NCBI GenBank assembly: GCA_963805085.1
Contig: CAWDTA010000002.1
Location: 1,056,001-1,120,000, forward strand
DNA length: 64,000 nucleotides
Reading direction: 5' to 3'
Source of the DNA: an uncultured Veillonellaceae bacterium
GTDB taxonomy: Bacteria > Bacillota > Negativicutes > JARBTT01
Under the pieces are notes generated by a model. The model saw nothing but the letters and a program-made list of their open reading frames with translations, was not told where the DNA came from and did not search any database. The first letter of the stretch is position 1. Each line of letters begins with the position of its first letter. The position numbers were made by a program, and so were the translations under genes. Of this stretch, positions 31,417 to 41,902 are shown piece by piece.

Positions 31417-34400
31417 ATGTGTAAAATAAACTCGGGATTAATCTACAAAGAGTATCCAATGACTTCGTATCAAAAAGATATCTGGGTAGAGCAGTGTCTA
31501 TACTCGGAAAAACCGATTTATAATCTAGGTGCATTCATAAATATTAATGGGAAAATAAATCAGGATATTTTAAATCAAGCAATTGATACATTAATAAAAA
31601 ATCATGACTCTTTACGAACGAATGTAATTGATAAGAATGGAGAACCTTATCTGAAAATATTAGCAGAAATTGCATATGAAGTTCCGTTTTATGATTTTTC
31701 TAACAAAGAAAATTCTAATGTAATGTGCTTAGATTGGATGAGAAAGGAATTTTTAAAGCCTATTGATTTTGGAGGTATTCTATTTCAATTTGCGTTACTT
31801 AAGGCTGATGATAATACCTACTTTTGGTTTATGAAATATCACCATATCATAATTGATGGCTTTGGGATAGGTATAGTATATAAGCAAGTTATTGAAACTT
31901 ATAACCAATTGATGGTGGGCTCTGCAGACAATGAAAGAATAACGTATTCCTACACAGATTTTATTGCCGATCATCAGAAATACCTTGATTCCCAGACTTT
32001 TTTAAGTGATAAAGAGTTCTGGTGTGCAAAATACCAAACAATTCCAGAGCCGCTTTTTAACAGGTGCACTGATAATGCTGCTAGTAGCGATAGTTCAGTG
32101 TTAAGTGATAGGATTACATTTAGTATCAAAAGGGCTGCTTATAATAAAATGATCGAATTTAGTGAAGCAAACGGTTGTAGTGTCTTCCACTTTATTTTGG
32201 CAGTGCTGTTTACCTATTTCAGCAGGGTATGTAATAAGGAAGAGATTGTTATCGGCGTTCCTATTCTAAATAGAGGAAAAGCAAAATATAAGCAAATAAT
32301 AGGCCTATTTGCTAATATAGTACCTTTAAGAATAAATATAGGGAAAGATATAAGTTTTAGCGAGCTTATGCTTACGATAAAAAATGAACTTATGGAATGC
32401 TATAGACACCAGAAGTTTCCTGTTGGAGAAATATACAGAACGGTTTCTGAACAGGGTAAGGAAAAAAATAATATTTTTGATATTTCCCTTTCCTATATAA
32501 ATCGTGATTTTAGTGATAATTTTGTCACTGCTAGTGATTATGACATTGTAAGCCTGGCGCATCAGCATGAGCGGAATGCCTTGACGATATTCGTAAGGGA
32601 GTATAGCGAGGATAGGGATATCTTATTTGATTTTGATTATCAGATTGGTGTATTTAAAAAATTTATGTCCATTGAATCTGTTATTGCACAGTTTAAATAT
32701 TTGCTAGGTGAAGTGATTGAAAACAGTGAGAAAAGTGTCTCTGAGATAGAAATAATTCCTGAAGTGGAGAAACAAAAAATTTTATATGGCTTCAATAATA
32801 CAAAGATGGAATATTCAAAAGAGAAGACAATTCAGGAATTGTTTGAAGAGCAGGTTAATAGAGTGCCTGATCATGTAGCTGTAGTTTTTAAAAATACAAG
32901 GTTAACCTACGAGGAACTAAATGCCAAAGCAAACCAAATGGCAAAGGTTTTGAGAAATAAGGGAGTAAAGCCTGATAGTATCGTAGGTATAATGCTAGAT
33001 CGGTCTATTGAAATTGTCGTTGGCATACTTGGTGTACTCAAGGCAGGCGGTGCATATCTGCCGATAGATCCAAACTACCCTACGGAAAGAATAAACTATA
33101 TACTGGAAGACAGCGCTACAGGTATTCTGTTAACACAGAAAGATTTAAAAGATAGAGTAAGTTATCAAGGTCAAGTCATTGATATTGAGGATGATATATA
33201 CAAAGGGGACAATGAAAAACTAGAAAATATAAATAAGTCGAGTGATTTGGCATATATCATTTATACCTCAGGATCAACAGGGAAACCTAAAGGAGTTATG
33301 ATAGAGCATAGGGGAATTGCAAATTTAAAGACCTTTTTTCAGCAGAATTATCATGTGGATGAGAAAGATAACATGTTGCAATTTGCTAGTAGTTCCTTCG
33401 ATGCCTCCGTATGGGAAATTTTCACGAGCTTGCTGACGGGTGCAACGTTGTATATGGTTCCTAAGGAAACGATTAACAATCTAGTTGATTTCGAAAATTT
33501 TATTAATAAAAATGAGATAACGATGACACTTCTTCCACCAACCTATTTAGCTAGTATTGAACCCGCAAGAGTAACTAAGTTGAAGAATTTATTCACAGGT
33601 GGGTCTGCTATAACTAAAGGATTGGTTGATAAATGGAAGGAAAGGCTTGTGTATAGTAACGCTTATGGGCCTACGGAGTCAACGATTATGGCAACTACTT
33701 GGAAATATAATGAGCAAGAATTGGGAGATAGTCAGGTGCCGATCGGGAGCCCGGTAAATAATACGGAAATATATATTTTAGATAGCAATAACCAAGTTTT
33801 ACCAATTGGTTCGGCGGGCGAATTGTGCATCGGTGGAGATGGGCTGGCTAGGGGATATCTACACAAACCTGAGTTGACAGCGGAAAAATTTGTAGCTAAT
33901 CCTTACCGAAATGGGGAAAAGATGTACAAGACGGGTGATTTGGCAAGATGGCTTCCCAATGGCAACATCGAATTTCTTGGCAGAATGGATTATCAGGTAA
34001 AGATAAGGGGCTTTAGGATCGAACTGGGGGAAATTGAAGCAGAATTATTAAAGTATCCGGAAGTTAAAGAGGTAATCGTAATTGACCGGGACGGTGAGCA
34101 AGGGGACAAATACCTAGTCGCATATTTTGTAGCAGATAGTCAGTTGACAATAGATGAACTAAGGGAACATTTATTAAAAGAACTACCTGAATATATGGTG
34201 CCTTCCTACATGATGCAGCTTGATAATATGCCTCTGACTTCCAATGATAAGATTGACAGGAAAGCACTACCAGAGCATGATTGTGGTAGTGGATCTGGTG
34301 TGGTGTACGTAGCTCCAAGGGATGATAAAGAAAAAATATTGGTAAAATTATGGCAGGAAGTATTAAAAGTGGAACGGATTGGGATAAGAGATAACTTTTT

Positions 34401-37400
34401 CAATCTGGGCGGAGACTCCATAAAAGCAATACAGATATTGTCAAGACTAAATGCTTACAGGCTAAAATTGGAAATGAGAGATTTGTTTAAGCACCCAGCT
34501 ATTGAGGAATTGGGTGCTTTTGTTCAAGAAGTAGCGCGTACAGCAGAACAAGGTCTTATTGAAGGTAAAGCAAATTTGACGCCAATACAGCATTGGCTAT
34601 TTGAGCAAAGATTTGCAGAGAAATATCACTTTAATCAAGCAATTATGCTTTATCGACAAGAAGGTTTTATAGAGGAAATCCTAAAAAATGTATTTAGTAA
34701 ACTGGTAGAACATCATGATGCCTTGAGAATGGTTGCTAAACAGGAAGAAAGTGAGGTCGTTCTGTTTAACAGAGGGCTTGAAGGTAACTTATATTCTTTA
34801 GAAGTATTTGATTTGCGAAAATGCGCTAATTTTAGAGACGTCATTGAAGTAGAAGCGAATAAGATACAGGCAAGCTTAGACCTTTCACAAGGGCCATTGG
34901 TTAAGCTTGGTCTCTTTAAGACGAAAACAGGAGATCAACTTTTAATCGTGATTCATCATATAGTCGTAGATGGTATATCCTGGAGGATTATACTTGAGGA
35001 TCTTTTTAATGGGTATATGCAGGCTTTAAAGAAGGAAACAATACGGTTCGCCGATAAAACCGATGCTTTTAATGCTTGGACTGTTCAGTTATCTACGTAT
35101 GCCAATAGTTGTGAGTTATTAAAGGAAGTAGAGTATTGGGAGGAAATTGAACGGGTAACTGTAAAAGCGTTGCCTAAGGACCAACCCATTACAGAAAGAA
35201 AATGTGAAGAAACTGAAAAGGTGCATATAGAATTAAGCACACAAGACACGGAAAAATTACTTAAAGATGTAAATCAAGCATATAACACTGAGATTAATGA
35301 TATTTTGCTTACAGCATTAGGATTAGCGGTTAAGGAATGGACAGGTGAGGAAAAAGTATTAATTAATCTAGAGGGACATGGCAGAGAAGAGATAGGTAAT
35401 GAGCTTGATATATCAAGGACAGTCGGATGGTTTACCGCCCAATATCCTGTAATCCTGAACATGAGAAAAAAGAAGGATCTTGCATATAGTATAAAATCAG
35501 TGAAAGAAGGAATGCGGCGGGTTCCGAATAAAGGAATTGGCTATGGAATTCTAAAGTATCTAACTTTGCCAGAAAACAAGAAAAATTTGCAGTTTAACCT
35601 AAAACCAGAAATTAGCTTTAACTATCTTGGACAATTTGGAGAAGATACTGATAACAGTGCATTTAGTATATCGGATATTTCTGTCGGAGAGTGTGTATCA
35701 CCAAATATGGAGCAGCCTTATGCCATTGATATAAATGGCATGGTGACAAAGGGAAGATTGGTATTGGATTTTACCTATCATAAAACTGAGTATGATAGGG
35801 TTACAATTGAAAAATTTGCAGAAAGTTTTAGAAAAAACTTGGTAGATGTAACAATCCATTGTACAGCTCTTGATTATACAGAGATGACTCCTAGTGATTT
35901 CACCTTTAAGAACTTTACCCTTGATGAACTTGAAACTGGATTAAGCAATTTAAATACAAGAAACATAAAAGATTTGTATCGATTGAGTCCTATGCAAGAA
36001 GGCATGCTGTATCATGCAATGAAGGAAAATGAATCTTCAGCGTATTTTGAACAAGTGATTTTATCAATAGAAGGTAAGTTGGATATAGCTAACATAAGAG
36101 AAAGTTTTAACAAGCTTATCGAAGCATATGATGTATTTAGAACTGTATTTGTCTATGAAAAGATAGCAAAACCGATACAAGTTGTTATGAAGGCTCAAGA
36201 AGTATCTGTAAATGTTGAAAATATTACTTGTTTGGCGGAAAGAGAGCAGCAGCTATTTATTGAAAAGTTTAAGGCGAATGACAAAATGGCAGGGTTTAAT
36301 CTCCAGGGAGGTATGCCAATAAGATTAAACGTCATCCAAACAGGGGCAGATTCCTACAAGTTAATATGGAGCTTCCATCATATCATTATGGATGGATGGT
36401 GCCTCGGGATAGTTCTTAAACAATTTTTTGAAATATATGATAGCTTACAAGAAAATAGGTCACTGGAATTAGATAAAGTATATCCATATAGCAACTATAT
36501 TAAATGGCTTGATAGACAAGTAAATAAGGGTGCGCAAACTTATTGGGAAGGATACTTAAGTGATTATCAAGAGCAGGTATCACTTTCTGGATATAACGGT
36601 GTCTTACCACAGGGCGGATATGAACAAGAAGAGTTTCGCTTTAGTTTTGATGAGAAAATAAAATCTGGTCTTGAGAATATAGCCAAGAAAAACAATGTAA
36701 CTCTTAGTACGATAATTCAAACTATATGGGGGCTCTTGCTTGCAAGGTATAATAATACCGATGATGTTGTTTTTGGTGCGGTCGTGTCGGGAAGACCTCA
36801 TGAAATAGTGGGTGTAGAAAGCATGGTGGGGTTATTTATAAACACTTTACCAGTAAGAATAAAATGCGAGGGTAATCAATCATTGGCACAATTGCTGCAA
36901 GAAGTGCAATTAGCTGCGATAGAATCTGAGGAATTTAGCTATTATCCTCTTGTGGAAATACAGGCAAGGACAAGTATGGGAGATGCTCTGTTTGATCATA
37001 TTGTTGCTTTTGAAAATTACCCAATAGAAGAGGCAATAAACGGTAACTTTAGTGTTAATATAAAAGCGGCTGAAGCTTTTGAACAGACCAATTATGATTT
37101 TAATATGGTCGTTATTCCAGGTAGGGAATTAAACATCAAGTTTATGTATAATTCATTGGTTTATGATAGAGGATTTATTGGAGCCCTTAAGGTGCATTTC
37201 GAAACAATGATCTTAGGAGCGATTGGCAATCCGGAGATATTGGTAAAAAATATAGATATGCTTACGATAGAAGAGGAAAAGGTGCTTTTAGATACTTTTA
37301 ATCATACGAAAACTGACTACCCAAAAGATAAGACCATATCAGAACTCTTTGAGGAGCAGGTTAAGAGGACGCCTAATAATATAGCAGTAGCTTTTAAAGA

Positions 37401-40317
37401 TCAGAGACTAACGTATGGCGTATTAAATGAAAAAGCTAACCAACTAGCAAGGGGATTAAGAAGTAAGGGGGTAACGACAAATCATATTGTGGGAATTATG
37501 GCAGAGCGTTCTCCGCAAATGTTGGTTGGGTTATTAGCTATTTTGAAGGCAGGAGGAACTTATTTACCTATCGATCCTGAATATCCGTCAGATAGGATTA
37601 GCTATATGCTGTCGGATAGTGGGGCGCAAATATTATTAACACAAACACATTTGCTTAGTAAGACTGCTTTTAACGGGGTCATTATTGATTTAGAAGAAGA
37701 AAGATTATATCAAGGTGATGCTAACAATTTAATAAGAGAAAATACCTCACAAGATGTAGCGTATGTGATTTACACATCAGGTTCAACGGGGAAACCAAAA
37801 GGAGTTGAGATTGAACACACTAGTTTGGTAAATCTTGTATTCTGGCATCGGCGTGCGCATCATATTACCTCTGAGGATAGAGCTACTCTAGTGGCTGGAC
37901 CAGCGTTTGACGCTTCGGTTTGGGAGACTTGGCCATATCTGGTTTCCGGTGCGGGGCTATATATTCCCAATGATGAAATCAGAGTGTCAACGACAAGTCT
38001 TATTAAGTGGTTGCAAGATAACTTAATCACTGTAAGTTTTATGCCGACACCATTGGCGGAAGCGCTTTTAGCAGAGGAGTGGCCAAGTGAGATATCGTTA
38101 AGGACTATGCTGACAGGTGGAGATAAATTACATCGTCGGCCTAATGCAGATATGCCATTTACGTTGTTTAATCAGTATGGACCAACTGAGAATACAGTGG
38201 TTACTACTTGGGGGGCCATCAGGCCAGAAGATGCAGTTGACACTTTACCATCAATCGGTCGTCCTGTGGATAATACAAATGTCTATATATTGAATAGATA
38301 TGATAGACTGCAACCAATTGGTGCCCCGGGAGAATTGTGCATTTCAGGCGATAGTCTGGCTAGAGGCTATTTAAACAGACCTGATTTGACGGCGGAGAAG
38401 TTTATTCCAAATCCGTTCAAATCAGGTGCGAGGATGTATCGGACAGGAGATTTGGTAAGATGGCTGCCGGATGGCAATATAGAGTTTCTTGGGCGAATTG
38501 ACCACCAGGTCAAGATTAGAGGATTTAGAATGGAACTGGGGGAAATAGAAAGCCAAATATTAAAGCATCAGGCAGTTAAGGAAGCGGTAGTAATAGCCAG
38601 AGAGGATAAGCAAAATGACAAATATTTGGCAGCATATCTGGTAGCAGATCGTGAATTGACAGCGAATGAGCTTAAGGCGTATCTATTAAAAGAACTGCCT
38701 GAATATATGGTACCATTGTACTTCACTCAGCTTGATAAATTACCTTTGACTCCTAATGGCAAGATTGACCGAAAGGCGTTGCCTGTTCCTGATGGATGGG
38801 GCAGCACGGGAGAATGCTATATAGCCCCACGAAATGAAGCTGATGGAAGAATCCAAAAAGTCTGGGAAGATATACTTGGAATCGATAGAATTGGAATTGA
38901 TGATAATTTCTTTATGCTTGGAGGCAATTCGATAAAAGCAATACAAGTTGTTGCCAAATTGGCACTGGATTTTGAGATCGGGATAAATGATATTTTCCAA
39001 TGCCAGACCATAAGGAAGATCTCTGATACAATAAAATACTCTAAAGATAGATTAAAGGCAACGATTGACGCTATGAGTGAAGCGGCTGCGGCAAAGGATA
39101 ATTTGATTAACTTCGATGGAGCCATTCGAGACAAGTTGAGAAAGTATAAAACTAAAAATCAAGTCTACAAAAAGGCCAATCTTTTTGAAACAGTTCCGTA
39201 TAAAAATATCCTGCTTGCAGGGAGTACCGGTTATCTTGGAATACATATTCTATACCAGTTACTAGAAAATACTGATTATATGGTGTATGTAACGATCCGG
39301 GCTAAAGATGATGAGGAGGCAAAAGAAAGGTTGTGGGGTAAACTGGAGTTTCATTTTAATCTTAGCAGCAATGATCGAGATATTTTAAAAAATAGAATTC
39401 GTGTAGTCCATGGTGATTTATCAAAAGAGTACCTTGGTTTAGATTATACAAAATATATGGAGTTGGCAGACACCATTGATTGCATCATAAATTCTGCAGC
39501 CAATGTTAAGCATTATGGACATTACTCCGAATTTGATGCTGTAAATGTGAAGGGGAATCAAAGACTCGTTGAATTCGCAAATACGGGCAAGAAAAAAGCA
39601 TATAATTTTATATCCACCACCAGTGTAGGAAGCGGATATGTAGCTAGAAAAGACAAGCTTGTATTCACAGAATACGATTGTGATTTAGGGCAGAGTTCGG
39701 ATAACTATTATGTAGCAACTAAATTGGAAGCAGAGAAATTGTTGCTAAAATCAAGAGAAGAGGGGCTGACGACAAATGTTTTCAGGGTTGGAAATCTTGT
39801 ATTTGATTCTGCATCCGGAGTGTTTCAGGAAAATATAGAAAATAATGCTTTTTATAACATGATAAAATCGTTAATAAAAATTGGTTATTTCCCGCAAATG
39901 AATGATAGAAGTATAAATTTTTCCTTCATCGATTATGTTGCTAAAGCGATTGTATTGCTGTTTGATAAGAAAAATTTACAGAATGAAACCTTTCATTTAT
40001 ATAATAGTAACCAAATTAGTATCGTTTCATTGGCAGAACTTTTAAATGAAGTGGAAATAAATGTAAAAACAATTCCTGTAGATGAGTTCATACAATATTT
40101 GTACGAAAAGTTTGAAGATGAAGAAACAAAAAGTTATATTTCTAGAATTCTCGTTCACTCTAATATGTTTTTTGAAGGGGCAAGTAAAACCTCATTTATG
40201 ATACGCAATGAAAAAACAGAAAACATTTTGAAAGAGTTAAACTTCAAATGGCCTAAAATGAATGGTTTAAGGGTCAGATTGATGATGGATCACTGTAAGA
40301 GAGTTGGATTTATGTAG
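31417..40317 (+). CDS. Bimodular NRPS: starter-type C-A(Leu-like)-T-E-C(DCL)-A(Leu)-T-terminal thioester reductase (R)
   Basis: RBS AAGGAG. N-terminal C YPMTSYQKDIW...YHHIIIDGFG resembles starter (N-acylating) C domains. Codes DAWLFGAIMK and DAWFLGQVVK. T GGDS followed by E (HHIVVDGISW, EGHGRE). Last T has GGNS. R domain AGSTGYLG (39217-39240), NSAANV, YVATK (39709-39723). Confidence 0.95.
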   Translation: MCKINSGLIYKEYPMTSYQKDIWVEQCLYSEKPIYNLGAFININGKINQDILNQAIDTLIKNHDSLRTNVIDKNGEPYLKILAEIAYEVPFYDFSNKENSNVMCLDWMRKEFLKPIDFGGILFQFALLKADDNTYFWFMKYHHIIIDGFGIGIVYKQVIETYNQLMVGSADNERITYSYTDFIADHQKYLDSQTFLSDKEFWCAKYQTIPEPLFNRCTDNAASSDSSVLSDRITFSIKRAAYNKMIEFSEANGCSVFHFILAVLFTYFSRVCNKEEIVIGVPILNRGKAKYKQIIGLFANIVPLRINIGKDISFSELMLTIKNELMECYRHQKFPVGEIYRTVSEQGKEKNNIFDISLSYINRDFSDNFVTASDYDIVSLAHQHERNALTIFVREYSEDRDILFDFDYQIGVFKKFMSIESVIAQFKYLLGEVIENSEKSVSEIEIIPEVEKQKILYGFNNTKMEYSKEKTIQELFEEQVNRVPDHVAVVFKNTRLTYEELNAKANQMAKVLRNKGVKPDSIVGIMLDRSIEIVVGILGVLKAGGAYLPIDPNYPTERINYILEDSATGILLTQKDLKDRVSYQGQVIDIEDDIYKGDNEKLENINKSSDLAYIIYTSGSTGKPKGVMIEHRGIANLKTFFQQNYHVDEKDNMLQFASSSFDASVWEIFTSLLTGATLYMVPKETINNLVDFENFINKNEITMTLLPPTYLASIEPARVTKLKNLFTGGSAITKGLVDKWKERLVYSNAYGPTESTIMATTWKYNEQELGDSQVPIGSPVNNTEIYILDSNNQVLPIGSAGELCIGGDGLARGYLHKPELTAEKFVANPYRNGEKMYKTGDLARWLPNGNIEFLGRMDYQVKIRGFRIELGEIEAELLKYPEVKEVIVIDRDGEQGDKYLVAYFVADSQLTIDELREHLLKELPEYMVPSYMMQLDNMPLTSNDKIDRKALPEHDCGSGSGVVYVAPRDDKEKILVKLWQEVLKVERIGIRDNFFNLGGDSIKAIQILSRLNAYRLKLEMRDLFKHPAIEELGAFVQEVARTAEQGLIEGKANLTPIQHWLFEQRFAEKYHFNQAIMLYRQEGFIEEILKNVFSKLVEHHDALRMVAKQEESEVVLFNRGLEGNLYSLEVFDLRKCANFRDVIEVEANKIQASLDLSQGPLVKLGLFKTKTGDQLLIVIHHIVVDGISWRIILEDLFNGYMQALKKETIRFADKTDAFNAWTVQLSTYANSCELLKEVEYWEEIERVTVKALPKDQPITERKCEETEKVHIELSTQDTEKLLKDVNQAYNTEINDILLTALGLAVKEWTGEEKVLINLEGHGREEIGNELDISRTVGWFTAQYPVILNMRKKKDLAYSIKSVKEGMRRVPNKGIGYGILKYLTLPENKKNLQFNLKPEISFNYLGQFGEDTDNSAFSISDISVGECVSPNMEQPYAIDINGMVTKGRLVLDFTYHKTEYDRVTIEKFAESFRKNLVDVTIHCTALDYTEMTPSDFTFKNFTLDELETGLSNLNTRNIKDLYRLSPMQEGMLYHAMKENESSAYFEQVILSIEGKLDIANIRESFNKLIEAYDVFRTVFVYEKIAKPIQVVMKAQEVSVNVENITCLAEREQQLFIEKFKANDKMAGFNLQGGMPIRLNVIQTGADSYKLIWSFHHIIMDGWCLGIVLKQFFEIYDSLQENRSLELDKVYPYSNYIKWLDRQVNKGAQTYWEGYLSDYQEQVSLSGYNGVLPQGGYEQEEFRFSFDEKIKSGLENIAKKNNVTLSTIIQTIWGLLLARYNNTDDVVFGAVVSGRPHEIVGVESMVGLFINTLPVRIKCEGNQSLAQLLQEVQLAAIESEEFSYYPLVEIQARTSMGDALFDHIVAFENYPIEEAINGNFSVNIKAAEAFEQTNYDFNMVVIPGRELNIKFMYNSLVYDRGFIGALKVHFETMILGAIGNPEILVKNIDMLTIEEEKVLLDTFNHTKTDYPKDKTISELFEEQVKRTPNNIAVAFKDQRLTYGVLNEKANQLARGLRSKGVTTNHIVGIMAERSPQMLVGLLAILKAGGTYLPIDPEYPSDRISYMLSDSGAQILLTQTHLLSKTAFNGVIIDLEEERLYQGDANNLIRENTSQDVAYVIYTSGSTGKPKGVEIEHTSLVNLVFWHRRAHHITSEDRATLVAGPAFDASVWETWPYLVSGAGLYIPNDEIRVSTTSLIKWLQDNLITVSFMPTPLAEALLAEEWPSEISLRTMLTGGDKLHRRPNADMPFTLFNQYGPTENTVVTTWGAIRPEDAVDTLPSIGRPVDNTNVYILNRYDRLQPIGAPGELCISGDSLARGYLNRPDLTAEKFIPNPFKSGARMYRTGDLVRWLPDGNIEFLGRIDHQVKIRGFRMELGEIESQILKHQAVKEAVVIAREDKQNDKYLAAYLVADRELTANELKAYLLKELPEYMVPLYFTQLDKLPLTPNGKIDRKALPVPDGWGSTGECYIAPRNEADGRIQKVWEDILGIDRIGIDDNFFMLGGNSIKAIQVVAKLALDFEIGINDIFQCQTIRKISDTIKYSKDRLKATIDAMSEAAAAKDNLINFDGAIRDKLRKYKTKNQVYKKANLFETVPYKNILLAGSTGYLGIHILYQLLENTDYMVYVTIRAKDDEEAKERLWGKLEFHFNLSSNDRDILKNRIRVVHGDLSKEYLGLDYTKYMELADTIDCIINSAANVKHYGHYSEFDAVNVKGNQRLVEFANTGKKKAYNFISTTSVGSGYVARKDKLVFTEYDCDLGQSSDNYYVATKLEAEKLLLKSREEGLTTNVFRVGNLVFDSASGVFQENIENNAFYNMIKSLIKIGYFPQMNDRSINFSFIDYVAKAIVLLFDKKNLQNETFHLYNSNQISIVSLAELLNEVEINVKTIPVDEFIQYLYEKFEDEETKSYISRILVHSNMFFEGASKTSFMIRNEKTENILKELNFKWPKMNGLRVRLMMDHCKRVGFM

Positions 40318-40426
40318 AAAGAAGTAGAAAAAGCTTAGTAAAAAATTCATTGGAATGAAAAAACGGAAGGGCGTGTGAAAGATTGATACGATAGTATCGC
40401 CTTTTGACAGGAATTTTGGATTCTCC

Positions 40427-41059
40427 ATGAAATCGTTGGATGATTATGATGAATTGATGCTATACCCTGAGGAATTAGGAATTCTTAGTTCTAAAGCTGT
40501 ACCAAAACGCAGAATTGAATTTTGTATAGGCAGGGCTGCAGCGCATAGTGCTTTAAGTAAAATAGGTATAAAAAATTTTCCTGTTCTTAAGGGAGTTCAT
40601 AATGAACCCTTATGGCCGAAAGATGTGGTCGGTGCTATTAGTCATTCGGGCGAATTAGCACTGGCTGCAGTGGCCCATAAAGAAGAGACTACGGGAATTG
40701 GTATCGATATCGAAATGATAGATAAAACGATATCAGAGGACATCATAAAGATAATATGTACGCCAAGGGAGGCTGACTGGGTAAATAGGAGAAAGGACCG
40801 GAAACTTCAAAGACTGTTTATGATGTTTTCTGCAAAGGAAAGCATTTTTAAAGCTTTTTTTCCTATAACGAATGTACCTCTTAATTATTTCGATACTAAA
40901 CTTATATGGCATGAGGATATGGGATGTTTTTCAGGTCAATTGCTAACGCGAGTGGGGGAAGAATATAAAGAAGGATATCTTTTTGAGGTAGGATGTAGAA
41001 CACTTGATAAGTATATATTTACGTTTATGACGTTACCTTTGCTTACAGCCCCGCATTAA
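40427..41059 (+). CDS. 4'-phosphopantetheinyl transferase, EntD/Sfp superfamily (EntD-like)
   Basis: KRRIEFCIGRAAA, PLWP, GAISHS, GIGIDIE and FSAKESIFKA motifs. The exact start is uncertain because the frame is open from 40379. Confidence 0.92.
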   Translation: MKSLDDYDELMLYPEELGILSSKAVPKRRIEFCIGRAAAHSALSKIGIKNFPVLKGVHNEPLWPKDVVGAISHSGELALAAVAHKEETTGIGIDIEMIDKTISEDIIKIICTPREADWVNRRKDRKLQRLFMMFSAKESIFKAFFPITNVPLNYFDTKLIWHEDMGCFSGQLLTRVGEEYKEGYLFEVGCRTLDKYIFTFMTLPLLTAPH

Positions 41060-41080
41060 ATTTGCGAAGGGCTTATTTTT
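41047..41080 (+). terminator. Possible intrinsic terminator overlapping the PPTase stop codon
   Basis: AGCCC-CGCA...TGCG-AA-GGGCT bulged stem followed by TATTTTT. Confidence 0.45.
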
Positions 41081-41143
41081 GTAGTCTGATTACAAGCTAG
41101 ATGACTTAAAGCGGCTGAGAGCTGCAAGGGAGGAATTTATACA

Positions 41144-41902
41144 ATGCTTGGGAAATTGCTGCCTTGGTTGGCAGCTGTGGATTTACCACGACCAAAACCG
41201 GAAGCGGCTGCAGTGGAGCTTACGGCTGTGCGTAAAATTTATATGACTGGTGCCGGTGAATTTATGGCATTGAAAGGAATCGATCTTAAAGTTGATAACG
41301 GCGAATTTGTGGCGGTAGTTGGCAAATCAGGTAATGGTAAGTCTACATTGATCAATATGATTACTGGCATAGATCGACCTACTTCTGGAGACGTTTGGGT
41401 GGCAGGTACACCAGTGCATACTCTGACAGAAAATCAGATTGCTGTATGGCGAGGGCGTACGGTAGGCGTTGTGTTTCAGTTTTTCCAGTTGCTGCCTACG
41501 CTTACAGTGCTAGAAAATGTGATGCTACCCATGGATTTTTGTAATGTCTACGATCCTTTAGAACGGCCAGAACGAGCCATGGAAATCTTAAAATTGGTCG
41601 GTGTGGAAAACCAGGCGGACAAAGTGCCGGTCAGTCTGTCTGGAGGTCAGCAACAACGGGTGGCTATTGCCCGTTGCCTGTCTAATGATCCTCCGCTTAT
41701 AGTGGCCGATGAACCAACGGGCAATTTGGACCCGCGCACTGCTGAATCAGTTATTGAATTGTTCAGAGAATTAACTCGTGGAGGAAAAACGATTCTGATG
41801 GTTACTCATGATGAGGATTTAGCCCGCCGAAGCAGTAGAATTGTAACTGTATCTGAGGGACAGATTGTTCGGACATCGCCTGCTCGAGAGGGGGCATTAT
41901 GA
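41144..41902 (+). CDS. ABC transporter ATP-binding protein, MacB/LolD-like
   Basis: Walker [47 protein letters not shown]; RBS GGAGG. Confidence 0.95.
   Translation: MLGKLLPWLAAVDLPRPKPEAAAVELTAVRKIYMTGAGEFMALKGIDLKVDNGEFVAVVGKSGNGKSTLINMITGIDRPTSGDVWVAGTPVHTLTENQIAVWRGRTVGVVFQFFQLLPTLTVLENVMLPMDFCNVYDPLERPERAMEILKLVGVENQADKVPVSLSGGQQQRVAIARCLSNDPPLIVADEPTGNLDPRTAESVIELFRELTRGGKTILMVTHDEDLARRSSRIVTVSEGQIVRTSPAREGAL

Noticed and set aside
40351-40360. TGGAATGAAA shared by two intergenic gaps (also 46619-46628)
   Set aside because: Only two copies of a purine-rich 10-mer; chance cannot be excluded.
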